From: Candidatus Latescibacter sp.
Lineage (GTDB): Bacteria > Latescibacterota > Latescibacteria > Latescibacterales > Latescibacteraceae
Assembly: GCA_030692375.1 (NCBI GenBank)
Contig: JAUYCD010000109.1
Location: forward strand, 9,221-73,220
Reading direction: 5' to 3'
DNA: 64,000 bases
The position numbers were made by a program, and so were the translations under genes. Position 1 is the stretch's first letter. Each line of letters starts with the position of its first letter. The notes below the pieces were generated by a model that made no database searches, had not been told where the DNA came from, and worked only from the letters and a program-made list of their open reading frames with translations. Below are positions 38,471 to 48,331 of this stretch, piece after piece.

Positions 38471-39067
38471 GTGAATCTGTCGCCGCTCGACATACGAAAA
38501 CATGAATTCAAGAAAACTTTCCGTGGGTTCGATCCGGACGAGGTCATGGCATTTCTCGACATCGTATCCATGGAATACGAGAACCTGGTGCTGCAAAATA
38601 CCATGCTTTCAGAAAAGCTGGTCATGACCGAGAACCATCTGAAAAAATACCGTGAAATTGAAAATACGCTTCAGGAGGCGCTCATGTCCGCCGAACGTGT
38701 CCGCGAGGATACCATCAAAAATGCGAAAAATCAGGCCGACCTGATTGTCCGTGAGGCTGAAATAAAGGCCGCCTCCATTGTGGAGGAGGGACGCAGCTCG
38801 CTTGTCCGTCTCCGGAATACGTTTACCGAGCTGAAAATCCACAAGGATACCTATCTCGCCAAACTGAAAACGATTGTCAATACACAACAGGAGCTTTTTA
38901 AACAGTATTCTTTCTCCGAAGAAAAGGCTTTCGAGAAAGCCGAGCCGGTGTTTGAGGATATAAAATCGCTGCGCCGCTCACCAGCCGCGAAAACGGTTGA
39001 GGATGTCTCCCTGAACGATAGTGATGATGAATATCCGGGAACCGATGAGAAAAAGGTCAGTTCGTAA
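38471..39067 (+). CDS. DivIVA-domain protein
   Basis: LSPLDIRKHEFKKTFRGFDPDEVMAFLD.. followed by coiled coil; GTG start after GGAGG. Confidence 0.8.
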   Translation: MNLSPLDIRKHEFKKTFRGFDPDEVMAFLDIVSMEYENLVLQNTMLSEKLVMTENHLKKYREIENTLQEALMSAERVREDTIKNAKNQADLIVREAEIKAASIVEEGRSSLVRLRNTFTELKIHKDTYLAKLKTIVNTQQELFKQYSFSEEKAFEKAEPVFEDIKSLRRSPAAKTVEDVSLNDSDDEYPGTDEKKVSS

Positions 39068-39330
39068 TGAAAATGGGTATACGGCTTGTTCCCAATGCCT
39101 CCCGTGATGAAGTTGCGGGTATTACTGAAGACGGCAGGTATAAGGTAAAGGTGCAGTCGCCGCCGGTGGAAGGCGCGGCAAACAGGCGGCTGATTCTCTT
39201 TCTTGCCGAGCGGCTGGGGGTATCCAAATCACGGGTACGGATTGTAAGCGGTGAAAAATCTAGAAACAAAGTGATTGAAATCGAGGGTGAGGAGAAAGAT
39301 ATACTGCGCCGTATGGAAGGGAAGACATGA
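39067..39330 (+). CDS. YggU/DUF167-family protein
   Basis: ..RLVPNASRDEVAGI..YKVKVQSPPVEGAANRRLILFLAERLGVSKSRVRIVSGEKSRNKVIEIEG. Confidence 0.75.
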   Translation: MKMGIRLVPNASRDEVAGITEDGRYKVKVQSPPVEGAANRRLILFLAERLGVSKSRVRIVSGEKSRNKVIEIEGEEKDILRRMEGKT

Positions 39331-40148
39331 CACGAATTGTGGAATCCATGAATAGAGCCCGGGATTTTATTCGCGGGCATACTGATGTGGTTCCCGATGT
39401 GGGAATTGTGCTGGGAACGGGTTTGGGAGGACTGGTTGATGAGATAGATGCCGATGTGGTGATTCCCTATCATGATATACCCGGTTTCTGCGCTTCCACT
39501 GTGGAATCTCACAGCGGGAAACTGATTGTGGGTAAGCTTTCAGGCCGTCCCGTGGTCACCATGCAGGGGAGGTTTCACTTCTACGAGGGATACACCATGC
39601 AGGAGATTACCTTCCCCATACGGGTCATGAAAACCCTGGGGGCTTCCATACTCATCATATCCAATGCGGCGGGAGGAATGAACCCCGGCTTCAGGAAGGG
39701 CGATCTCGTGCTCATCAGGGATCACATCAATCTCCTGGGCGGCAATCCGCTGATCGGAGCGAGCGAGCCGGAACTCGGTCCACGCTTCCCCGATATGAGC
39801 AGGCCGTACTCCAGGCGCCTCATGGCTCAGGCCAAAAAAATCGCCGGCCGTGAGGGGATAACACTCCGTGAGGGAGTATATGTCGCAGTGCCCGGACCTT
39901 CCCTTGAAACAGCCGCGGAATACCGGTTTCTGCGTATGATCGGAGCGGACATGGTGGGCATGTCAACTGTACCGGAGACTATTGTAGCGGCTCAGATGGA
40001 CATGGAGGTTCTGGGAGTGACCATCATAACAGACCTGTGTAACCCGGATGCCCTGGAACCGGCTGATATCAAAGATATAATCGCTGTTTCCGAAAGCGCT
40101 GAACCGAAGCTTACTCTGCTGACCAGAGAAGTCATACGGGGAATGTGA
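39327..40148 (+). CDS. Purine nucleoside phosphorylase / MTA phosphorylase (PNP-I family)
   Basis: ..GRFHFYEGYTMQEITFPIRVMKTLGASILIISNAAGGMNP.. Confidence 0.85.
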   Translation: MTRIVESMNRARDFIRGHTDVVPDVGIVLGTGLGGLVDEIDADVVIPYHDIPGFCASTVESHSGKLIVGKLSGRPVVTMQGRFHFYEGYTMQEITFPIRVMKTLGASILIISNAAGGMNPGFRKGDLVLIRDHINLLGGNPLIGASEPELGPRFPDMSRPYSRRLMAQAKKIAGREGITLREGVYVAVPGPSLETAAEYRFLRMIGADMVGMSTVPETIVAAQMDMEVLGVTIITDLCNPDALEPADIKDIIAVSESAEPKLTLLTREVIRGM

Positions 40149-40227
40149 TCGTTTGGAATGGGGTGTTTTGCGAATTGAAAATATGATGATGTGGCAAAAA
40201 GTGTTGCAAAGTCTTCAATTCTGTCGA

Positions 40228-40345
40228 AACCTCACCCGGCCTTTGGCCACCCTCTCCTAGACAGGAGAGGGTAAAGACTTGGCTCGCCGTGAGTTACCCC
40301 CTCTCCTGACTAGGAGAGAGGGATAGGGGGTGAGGTTTATAAAGC
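40228..40345. repeat. Compound palindromic element of the ctcaccc/ccctctcctag.caggagaggg family
   Basis: Read directly from the sequence; it lies after the PNP gene. Confidence 0.8.
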
Positions 40346-40536
40346 TGAGTAGGAGGTAAATTATCCTTTATTGCCGGGTAATCAAAATATAAATGGTTTG
40401 GAATTTTTTAATTTCTTATGTAAATTAATTCGATATTTTTCATCATAATGTTAAGGGTCATCCTGAACCTGTTTCCGTACCTTCTTTTCCTCGCTGCAGG
40501 TGAATGCTAATTTGGTATTTCCGAAAGGATATGCAT

Positions 40537-40920
40537 ATGAATAAAAAAGATCTTGAATATTTTAAAGACTTGATTATCAAGAAAAAACAGGAACTACTGG
40601 CAGAGCTTGGCTACCTGGAGTCCGCATCCATGAGCACTACATCCAAAGATCAGGCAGGCGACCTTTCCTCTTATTCATTCCACATGGCAGACCAGGGAAC
40701 AGATACGATGGAACGTGAGATGGCGTTCACCTTTGCTTCGCGGGAAGGCCGGTACCTGCATCATCTGAACGAGGCGCTGGAACGGATAGAGAATGGAACG
40801 TACGGTAAATGCCGTGGCTGCGGTGGTGAAATCAGCAAAGCCCGCCTTGAAGCAGTTCCTCATGCCACCCAGTGCATCAAATGCAAGAACTCCGAAGAGA
40901 AAAAGCAGCGGGGGATGTAG
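40537..40920 (+). CDS. DksA/TraR-family C4 zinc-finger regulator
   Basis: ..CRGCGGEISKARLEAVPHATQCIKCKN.. at the C-terminus; the start was trimmed to MNKKD after AAAGGA. Confidence 0.75.
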   Translation: MNKKDLEYFKDLIIKKKQELLAELGYLESASMSTTSKDQAGDLSSYSFHMADQGTDTMEREMAFTFASREGRYLHHLNEALERIENGTYGKCRGCGGEISKARLEAVPHATQCIKCKNSEEKKQRGM

Positions 40921-40931
40921 TGCGCACCCGC

Positions 40932-41396
40932 ATGATATACTTACTCCTGTTTCTTTTTCTAGTGGCACTGGACCAGGCGACAAAACTGGCGGTTGCCTCG
41001 TATTTTCCCCTCTACAGTACCACGAATATCATCGATGATTTTCTGCGGCTGACCCATGTGAAGAATCCCGGAGCGGCGTTCAGTTTGTCTTTCGGGAACC
41101 GGGAAGTCATGCTCGTGGTTACCATCGTGGTGATTGCGCTCCTGGCATATCTTATCGTCCGTGGAACCATTCGTCCGAAAAGTCTTACAGGGAAGATCGC
41201 GCTGGTCATGATTTTCGGTGGAGCAGTCGGCAACCTGATCGACCGTATACGGATGGAAGAGGTCACCGATTTCATCGATATGGGCATCGGGGTGCATCGC
41301 TGGCCTGTTTATAACCTGGCAGATATTTATGTCACCATCGGTATGATCATCCTTTTTCTCATCTATTCCCTCAATAAAGAAAAGGACGATGGATAA
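40932..41396 (+). CDS. lspA: Lipoprotein signal peptidase II
   Basis: ..LAVASYFPL.., NPGAAFSL, VGNLIDRI, VYNLADIYVTIG motifs. Confidence 0.85.
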   Translation: MIYLLLFLFLVALDQATKLAVASYFPLYSTTNIIDDFLRLTHVKNPGAAFSLSFGNREVMLVVTIVVIALLAYLIVRGTIRPKSLTGKIALVMIFGGAVGNLIDRIRMEEVTDFIDMGIGVHRWPVYNLADIYVTIGMIILFLIYSLNKEKDDG

Positions 41397-41450
41397 AAAC
41401 GGTCCAAAGTCCCTTCTGCTTTTCGATTTTCTTTGCACAAAAAAAATCAC

Positions 41451-42425
41451 ATGGACGAATTTGATGACATCCGCACCTTCACTGTCGGGGAAAAAGAAGC
41501 CGGAAAGCGTCTCGATATTTTTCTTGCCGCGGCTTCCGGGCTTTCACGCTCACGGATAAAAAACCTCATCGATGAAGGTTTCACAGCAGTGGATGACTGC
41601 GCTGCGATAAAGCCGTCATACCCGGTATCGCCTGGGGACATGATCGAGCTGACCATTCCGGCAGTCCACGAACAGCATTTTCTCCCGGAAAATCTTCCCC
41701 TCGACATTGTATACGAGGATAGGCAGATGCTGGTGGTGAACAAGCCTGCGGGCATGGTCGTCCACCCCGGCTGCGGTAATGTTACAGGAACACTTGCCTC
41801 CGCGCTCCTCCACTACTGCCAGGGGCTTTCCACCCAAGGCGGCGCTTTCAGGCCCGGAATCGTGCACCGTCTTGATATGAATACATCCGGCCTCTTGGTC
41901 ATCGCCCTGGATGATGAAACCCATGCACTTCTCGCACGGATGATTTCCGAGCGCCGGATAAAGCGTATCTATACTGCATTCGTCTGGGGCCATCCCCATC
42001 CGCCTTCCGGGACCATCGATGCACCCGTGGGCCGTCACCCACGGATACGGACCCTCCAGGCGGTAGTCCCGGAAGGCCGCCCGGCTGTCACCCATTATGA
42101 AACCACGCATCGGTATTCCTTTCTCTCCCGGTTGAATGTCACCCTTGAAACCGGCCGAACCCACCAGATCCGGGTGCATCTGGCCTCTATCGGTCACCAT
42201 GTGTTCGGCGATCCTGACTATGGAGGCCGCGAGGAGCGCCTAAAAGGATTCGACCCGGAAATCCGCGAACGGGCGCGGAGACTGCTCAAGGATCTGGACC
42301 GTCAGGCCCTCCATGCCGGGCGACTGGAATTAAGGCATCCGTTCACCGGGAAGGAGATGGTATTCGAGGTTGATCTTCCTGAGGATATGAAGAAGCTTAA
42401 AGAAAGCCTGGATGTGGAAGTGTGA
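41451..42425 (+). CDS. RluA-family 23S rRNA pseudouridine synthase (RluD-like)
   Basis: S4 domain followed by HRLDMNTSGLLVIALD and HQIRVHLASIGHHVFGDPDYG. Confidence 0.85.
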   Translation: MDEFDDIRTFTVGEKEAGKRLDIFLAAASGLSRSRIKNLIDEGFTAVDDCAAIKPSYPVSPGDMIELTIPAVHEQHFLPENLPLDIVYEDRQMLVVNKPAGMVVHPGCGNVTGTLASALLHYCQGLSTQGGAFRPGIVHRLDMNTSGLLVIALDDETHALLARMISERRIKRIYTAFVWGHPHPPSGTIDAPVGRHPRIRTLQAVVPEGRPAVTHYETTHRYSFLSRLNVTLETGRTHQIRVHLASIGHHVFGDPDYGGREERLKGFDPEIRERARRLLKDLDRQALHAGRLELRHPFTGKEMVFEVDLPEDMKKLKESLDVEV

Positions 42426-42599
42426 AGATATCCCCCTGTCCTACGGACATCCCCCTTGCTAAGGGGGACAAAAGATTATAGACGAAAAAGCTCTTTTAAC
42501 CCCCTTCGATAAGGGGGTCGGCGCAAAGCGCCGGAGGGATCAAAAACGCAGGAAAAAAATATTGACATTATCATAGCCGGCGCCGGTCCTGCCGGGCTC

Positions 42600-43832
42600 A
42601 TGGCCGCTATCGAAGGAGCGCGGAGCGGAGCCGCGGTTATTCTCCTCGAAGCCGGGCCGAAACCCGGAAGGAAGCTCCTGGCCACCGGCGGCGGAAGATG
42701 CAACCTCTCTCACTCCGGGACCATCGAATCTTTCCTGGAAGGATTCGACCGGAAGGCTGCGCGTTTCCTCAAACCGGCGGCGTATGCATTTCCCCCGGAA
42801 GAAGCAGTACGGTTTTTCGAATCGCTGGGGGCGCCGCTCAAGGTGGAGCGCGGGGCGCGGGTATTCCCGGCAAGCGACCGCGCCGAAGACATTCTCAAAG
42901 CCCTTCTGAAAGAGGCGGAAGCTGCCGGAGTCATCCTGCACATGGCCGCGCCGGTGAAATCAATCAGCGGCTGTTCGGGCGCTTTCGAGATAAGCTCCGG
43001 CCGGGGGATTTACCGCTCCGGAGCAGTTATCCTGGCCACCGGAGGGCTTTCCATGCGGAGAACAGGCTCGACCGGCGATGGGTATGCTTTCGCCCGGAAA
43101 CTCGGCCACACCATCGTGGAGCCGCATCCGAGCCTGGTGCCCCTGATCACTGAAGAAACATGGCCCCGCGAGGCGGCGGGGCTTGCCCTGAAAAATGTTC
43201 TGCTGGCCGCTCACCTCGGGAAAAAACGTATCACCCGGTTCGGGGAGATGCTTTTTACCCACAATGGCATCGGCGGGCCGATCACCCTGGAAATCAGCCG
43301 TTTCCTCACGGATACGCTGAGCGGCGGCGGCGGCCCTGTCCGGGTGGAAATAGACCTGAAACCGGCCCTCGACGAGAAGAAGCTCGACGCCCGCCTGCTC
43401 CGCGAACTGCAGGAAAACCCCAGGCGCAGGCTTTCCACCATTCTCCATACCCTCATGCCGGAATCGCTCATGAAAATATTCACCTCTCATTTCGGATTCA
43501 ACCCGGAGCTGACCGCAGGCCATGTGACCCGTGAGGAACGCCTCCGCCTGCTCCGGCTCCTGAAAACCCTGCCGTTGACGGTGATTGCCACCGAACCCAT
43601 AGAGGAAGCGTTGGTGACCCGCGGCGGAGTATCCCTATCCGAGATTTACTCCCACACCATGGAGTCGAAGCTTTGCCCGGGACTTTTTTTCGCCGGGGAG
43701 ATCATCGATGCGGACGGCGACTGCGGAGGCTATAACCTGCATCAATGCTGGGCCACCGGGGCGCTGGCCGGAAGGTCGGCGGCGGGAAAAGCAAGGATGA
43801 AGGAAGAAAAGACAAAAGAAGAGAGCCGCTGA
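42600..43832 (+). CDS. BaiN/YhiN-family NAD(FAD)-utilising flavoprotein; the true start is probably upstream of the first ATG
   Basis: ..GGGRCNLSHSG.. and HI0933-like motifs. The dinucleotide-binding IIAGAGPAGLMAA segment is encoded in-frame upstream of 42600 with no canonical start codon. Confidence 0.7.
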   Translation: MAAIEGARSGAAVILLEAGPKPGRKLLATGGGRCNLSHSGTIESFLEGFDRKAARFLKPAAYAFPPEEAVRFFESLGAPLKVERGARVFPASDRAEDILKALLKEAEAAGVILHMAAPVKSISGCSGAFEISSGRGIYRSGAVILATGGLSMRRTGSTGDGYAFARKLGHTIVEPHPSLVPLITEETWPREAAGLALKNVLLAAHLGKKRITRFGEMLFTHNGIGGPITLEISRFLTDTLSGGGGPVRVEIDLKPALDEKKLDARLLRELQENPRRRLSTILHTLMPESLMKIFTSHFGFNPELTAGHVTREERLRLLRLLKTLPLTVIATEPIEEALVTRGGVSLSEIYSHTMESKLCPGLFFAGEIIDADGDCGGYNLHQCWATGALAGRSAAGKARMKEEKTKEESR

Positions 43833-43919
43833 TATCGCAGATTTACACGGATAGAAGAATATATCTTATCTGCGAAAATCCGCGCAATCCGCGGCAAAAA
43901 TGGAAAAGGAGTATAATCC

Positions 43920-45260
43920 ATGCCGAAAAATAATACCCTGAACACAGCCTTTATGGTGATCTCTATCCTGCTGGTGTTTTTCACCACAAGTTCCCCGGCA
44001 ACTGCGGCGGACGCCTGGAAGTACCGCATGCCCATCACCCTGACTCACCGTGACGCCGGAACTGCAGGGCTGGCGCCGGTGGATGTAACATTCTCCCTTT
44101 TCTCCGACCGGTGCACCCGCCCGGAAAAGGAAATTCGCCTGGTGCTCGAAACCGCTTCCGGAGAAAAGGAAATCCCGTTCCAGCTCTCACGGCTTTTCCG
44201 ATGGACCAAGGACACCGAGAGCGGGAGGAGCCTTCCCACGCAGAACGGCATGATCACCTTTTTCGATGAAGCGCCGGGAAACGGGGACGCCCGGTATTTC
44301 CTGCTCTACGGCAACCCGGATGCCGCCGCGCCCTCTTATCCGACCGACCTGAAAGTCTCCGGCAAAGGCCCCGCCTGGACCATCGAGAACTCGAAAATGG
44401 TGGTGCAGCTCCACGGTAAAAAACCAGGAATCGGCGAGTCCACCAATCACGATTCCGGGCAGCTTTCCGCTGTAACCCTCAAATCCAAGCCTGACGCGCC
44501 GTTTAAAACCGCGGAGAACGTCATGCACTGGAACCCCTGCGTGTTCGTTCCGGCGCGGGGATGGATCCACTCCTTTGCCTGGGACCCGCCGGAGGTCTGC
44601 GAGATCGAAACCGGGCCGCTTTACACCGAAATCCGCCGCAGCGGGGCGTTTCCCGGCATTCCGGAGGTTCACCTTGCGGTGACCTACCGCATTTTCACCC
44701 GGAGAGCCTATGTAGAGTCCGGAACGGTGGTGGATGTCCGTGAGCCGATCGGCGTGGTGGCCATCCGCAACGATCAGCTCATTTTCAGTCCAGGATTCTT
44801 CACCCATATCGGCTGGGATGACGGCGGCCGGACTGTCACACACCCGCTGAGCAGCTATAAGCCGGTCAACAAGCACGGCGACATCCTGCGGCTGGCGGAC
44901 ACAGTACCGTTCCTGACTTTCTACAACCCTGCCAAAGGAGTGGGCGCCGCCACTATCAGGGAAAGTTTCTCCGCCATCGGCCCGAACGGCGCACCTCCCA
45001 CCCTGTTCGACAACGCCACGTATGTTTCCAACGGCGATCTCCAGTACTGGTTCCGCCCGCTTATCTATTTCCATGTGGGCTGGGACCGGAAGCAGCTCAT
45101 CACCGTCCCCCAAGGCGCCCTCTATTCCGAGCGGAACCTCTACCTCTTCTACGAGCCGAAGGGAAACGAGCCTGTCGCCGAAGTCGTGAATCTTTCCAAA
45201 GCTGTCCGCTCGATGCCCGGATTGAAAATCGGAGAGTATGTGCTGCCGCCGGAAAGATGA
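43920..45260 (+). CDS. Secreted hypothetical protein (446 aa)
   Basis: Sec signal peptide MPKNNTLNTAFMVISILLVFFTTSSPATAADA; no recognised family. Confidence 0.6.
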   Translation: MPKNNTLNTAFMVISILLVFFTTSSPATAADAWKYRMPITLTHRDAGTAGLAPVDVTFSLFSDRCTRPEKEIRLVLETASGEKEIPFQLSRLFRWTKDTESGRSLPTQNGMITFFDEAPGNGDARYFLLYGNPDAAAPSYPTDLKVSGKGPAWTIENSKMVVQLHGKKPGIGESTNHDSGQLSAVTLKSKPDAPFKTAENVMHWNPCVFVPARGWIHSFAWDPPEVCEIETGPLYTEIRRSGAFPGIPEVHLAVTYRIFTRRAYVESGTVVDVREPIGVVAIRNDQLIFSPGFFTHIGWDDGGRTVTHPLSSYKPVNKHGDILRLADTVPFLTFYNPAKGVGAATIRESFSAIGPNGAPPTLFDNATYVSNGDLQYWFRPLIYFHVGWDRKQLITVPQGALYSERNLYLFYEPKGNEPVAEVVNLSKAVRSMPGLKIGEYVLPPER

Positions 45261-45420
45261 AAGGTCAAATATTTCTTTGGAAATCCCCAAAAAAACTTTG
45301 ATTCATACCTGACATTTTTCTATATTAGTTTTGATCTCTTTGGCAATTTGGTTTCATCTTAAACAGGGGGCTTCTCGAGCGATGGCCGCTGAAAATTTTG
45401 ACGGAATACCCGAAAAGAGG

Positions 45421-45948
45421 ATGAGCATAGTCGGGAAACGAGTTCATACTCTAAGGCTCGCTCGTCACATGTCTATTGAAGACCTCTCGAAAAAAACCAG
45501 CGTCAGCTCTGTAACCATATCTAATATTGAAAAAGGCGTTTACAGCCCCAAACTGAGCACCATTCTTGAGATCGCCCGCGCTCTCGATACTACCATCGTG
45601 TACCTTGTGGAAGATGTGGAAGAGCCTCAGATTTTCAAAATCGACAAGGAGAAACAGCGCCTGGTTTCGGAAAAGGGAGTTACGCTTCATGATTTCGGCC
45701 ATATCATTCTGGACAAGCGGTTTATTGTCACGGTCATGGAGATGGAGAAAGGTTCTTCCACCATGGAGCATGACTCGTTTGACGGCAGGGAATTCATTCA
45801 TCTCCTGTCCGGAGAAATTGCAGTGAATGTGGAAGATAAAACCATATCGCTGAAGGAAGGCGATTCCCTGTATTTTCACGGTTCGTACCGGCATGCCATC
45901 AATGCAGTGAAAGGATCGAAACTGATTTTCATAAGCGTGTATACCTGA
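45421..45948 (+). CDS. XRE-family HTH regulator with a C-terminal cupin domain
   Basis: ..GKRVHTLRLARHMSIEDLSKKTSVSSVTISNIEKG.. HTH, then a cupin C-terminus (..EFIHLLSGEIAVNVEDKTISLKEGDSLYF..). Confidence 0.7.
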   Translation: MSIVGKRVHTLRLARHMSIEDLSKKTSVSSVTISNIEKGVYSPKLSTILEIARALDTTIVYLVEDVEEPQIFKIDKEKQRLVSEKGVTLHDFGHIILDKRFIVTVMEMEKGSSTMEHDSFDGREFIHLLSGEIAVNVEDKTISLKEGDSLYFHGSYRHAINAVKGSKLIFISVYT

Positions 45949-45980
45949 TCTCTCATTCCATTAAAAAAAGGAGCGCGAAC

Positions 45981-47069
45981 ATGGCAAAAGTAGGAAGGAT
46001 TGGAGTTGTCGGAGGAGGCATCTTCGGGCAATGGCATCTCAAGGCATTCACTCAATCGCAGAATGAAGGTAAGGTGGAATTGGTTGCGATTGCTGACTTG
46101 AAGGAAGAAGCCCGCAATAAAGCCGCCAAGGAGTATGGTATAAAAGCATACGCCGATTTCCGTGAAATGATAGAAAAGGAGAAACTCGACGCTATCTCGG
46201 TGGTAACCCCGGATGTCATGCACGCCGATATAGCGCTGGCCGGCCTTGAAATGGGATGCCATGTCCTCTGTGAAAAACCCATGGCTACCACAATGGAACA
46301 CTGCCGGAAGATCATTGAAGCTTCCAACAACAATCCTGAAAAGATTTTTATGGTGGATTACCACAAGCGTCTCGATATGTACCATGTGGAACTGGAACGT
46401 GCCGCCCGTATGGGAGAGCTGGGCAAGATTCAGTATGGGTACGCTTACATGGAGGACCGGATCGAAGTATCCCGCGACTGGTTCAAGAACTGGCCGGCCG
46501 GCGCCTCCCCCTTCTGGTTCGTGGGCGTGCATTTTGTGGATCTCATCCGCTGGGTCATCAAGTCCAACGGCGCCAAGGTGTTCGCCACCGGCCACAAGGA
46601 CAAGCTGAGAAGCCTGGGGCTGGATTTCTGGGACAGCCTTTCCGTCACCATCCTGTTCGAAAACGGCGCCACCTTTACTGTGGACGCCTGCTGGATTCTG
46701 CCCGAAGGATTCGAAGCCATTGTAAACCAGGCTATCCGGGTAGTCGGCACCGAGGGTATCTACGAAGTTGACAGCCAGGACCGCGGCGCAGGCGCCTGCC
46801 TGAAAGGCCAGACTCAGAAGTCGTTCAATCTCGGCGTTTACGCCGAGAAACACACCCCTGACGGCAAGGTCACATACGGCGGATACGGCATCTGGTCCAT
46901 CATGGAATTCGGCGAGCACCTCTACCACGTGCTCAACGGCGGGAGTGTCCGGGACCTTACCGGTCTTTACGCCAATGCCATGGACGGTCTGGAGGTCTCC
47001 AAGATCTGTGTGGCGGCGCACATGAGCGCTGAAGCAGGCGGTACACTCATCGATCTGTCCACCCTCTAG
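45981..47069 (+). CDS. Gfo/Idh/MocA-family oxidoreductase
   Basis: MAKVGRIGVVGGGIFGQWHLKAF.. Rossmann fold and ..VLCEKPMATT.. motif. Confidence 0.85.
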   Translation: MAKVGRIGVVGGGIFGQWHLKAFTQSQNEGKVELVAIADLKEEARNKAAKEYGIKAYADFREMIEKEKLDAISVVTPDVMHADIALAGLEMGCHVLCEKPMATTMEHCRKIIEASNNNPEKIFMVDYHKRLDMYHVELERAARMGELGKIQYGYAYMEDRIEVSRDWFKNWPAGASPFWFVGVHFVDLIRWVIKSNGAKVFATGHKDKLRSLGLDFWDSLSVTILFENGATFTVDACWILPEGFEAIVNQAIRVVGTEGIYEVDSQDRGAGACLKGQTQKSFNLGVYAEKHTPDGKVTYGGYGIWSIMEFGEHLYHVLNGGSVRDLTGLYANAMDGLEVSKICVAAHMSAEAGGTLIDLSTL

Positions 47070-47081
47070 GAGAACTGGCGC

Positions 47082-48098
47082 ATGGCGAAGAAACCGGTTA
47101 TCAAAATCACCGATTACATCGAACGCGAGCTTGACTATGAAAAAGCGGAAATGGACAAACTCGGCGTGGATTTTTCCTATTACCAGCTTAAAACGGCTTC
47201 CACGGAAGAATTAATCAAAAACTTCCGGGACGCCGATTTCCTGGTGGTCAATATGGCTAAGATGACTCCTGAAGTCATGGCCGGGCTGGATAATGTCAAG
47301 GTAATCATCCGTCACGGCATAGGGTTTGACAATCTGAACCTGCCTGCGGCTACCGAAAACGGCATTATCTGCGCCAACGAGCCGACCGCTTCGAGCGAAG
47401 ATGTAGCAGAGCAGGCGATCATGCTCATGCTCGCTGTATACCGCAAGCTGTTCATCCAGATCGATATTCTCAAGGATTCCGTGGCCCGGCATTTATGGGT
47501 TTTCGACCGCATCTACCCGGTCTACCGTATGGGCGGCAAAACGCTCGGCATCGTCGGCTGCGGAAACATCGGAAGCATCGTTCTCCGCAAGATGCGCTCA
47601 TTCGGGATGCGGATTCTGGTCTGCGATCCCTATATGTCCGGTGAACGGCAGAAGGAATTAGGAATCGAACTCACCCCGCTGGAAACGCTCCTGAAAGAGT
47701 CGGATATTGTCACCATCCACGTTCCGGTGACCAATGAGACGAGAGGAATGTTCAAAGCCGATCTTTTCCGGCTCATGAAAAAATCCGCCATCCTGATCAA
47801 CACCGCCCGCGGGCCGGTGGTGAATGTTCACGATCTGGCGGAGGCTCTGCGGAACAAGATGCTTGCCGGCGCAGGCATCGATGTCTACGAATTCGAGCCG
47901 CCCCAGCCTGATTATGAGCTGCTGGGATTGGAAAATGTAATACTCACTCCGCACCTTGCCTGGTACAGCGAGGAAGGCGGGTGGGATATCCGGGTACTGA
48001 TAGTGGAGGACCTGAAGAGGTGCCTGGCGGGCAAACCGCCCAAAAGCATTGTCAATCCCGAAGTGTTACAAAGCCCGAAGCTGAAATTGAAGGCGTAA
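47082..48098 (+). CDS. D-isomer-specific 2-hydroxyacid dehydrogenase family protein
   Basis: ..GKTLGIVGCGNIGSIVLRKMRSFGMRILVCDPY.. NAD-binding domain. Confidence 0.85.
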   Translation: MAKKPVIKITDYIERELDYEKAEMDKLGVDFSYYQLKTASTEELIKNFRDADFLVVNMAKMTPEVMAGLDNVKVIIRHGIGFDNLNLPAATENGIICANEPTASSEDVAEQAIMLMLAVYRKLFIQIDILKDSVARHLWVFDRIYPVYRMGGKTLGIVGCGNIGSIVLRKMRSFGMRILVCDPYMSGERQKELGIELTPLETLLKESDIVTIHVPVTNETRGMFKADLFRLMKKSAILINTARGPVVNVHDLAEALRNKMLAGAGIDVYEFEPPQPDYELLGLENVILTPHLAWYSEEGGWDIRVLIVEDLKRCLAGKPPKSIVNPEVLQSPKLKLKA

Positions 48099-48149
48099 AA
48101 GAAAGATACAATTCTCACTAGGGGGCGCTCATACACCCTTCTTCACTGT

Positions 48150-48270
48150 TTTAAACCACACCCCCTGTCCCCCTCTCCTAGTCAGGAGAGGGGGGTAACT
48201 CTTTACGTGCCACATCTTTACCCTCTCCTAATTAGGAGAGGGTGGCCGAAGGCCGGGTGAGGTTTTATCG
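48150..48270. repeat. Compound palindromic element, near-identical to 37036-37140
   Basis: acaccccctgtccccctctcctagtcaggagagggggg..ccctctcctaattaggagagggtggccgaaggccgggtgaggtt. Confidence 0.8.
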
Positions 48271-48331
48271 AAATACGACTTTCAGCCGATTTATAGAATA
48301 TCATATTTTTAAAAATAAGGAAATACATGCT

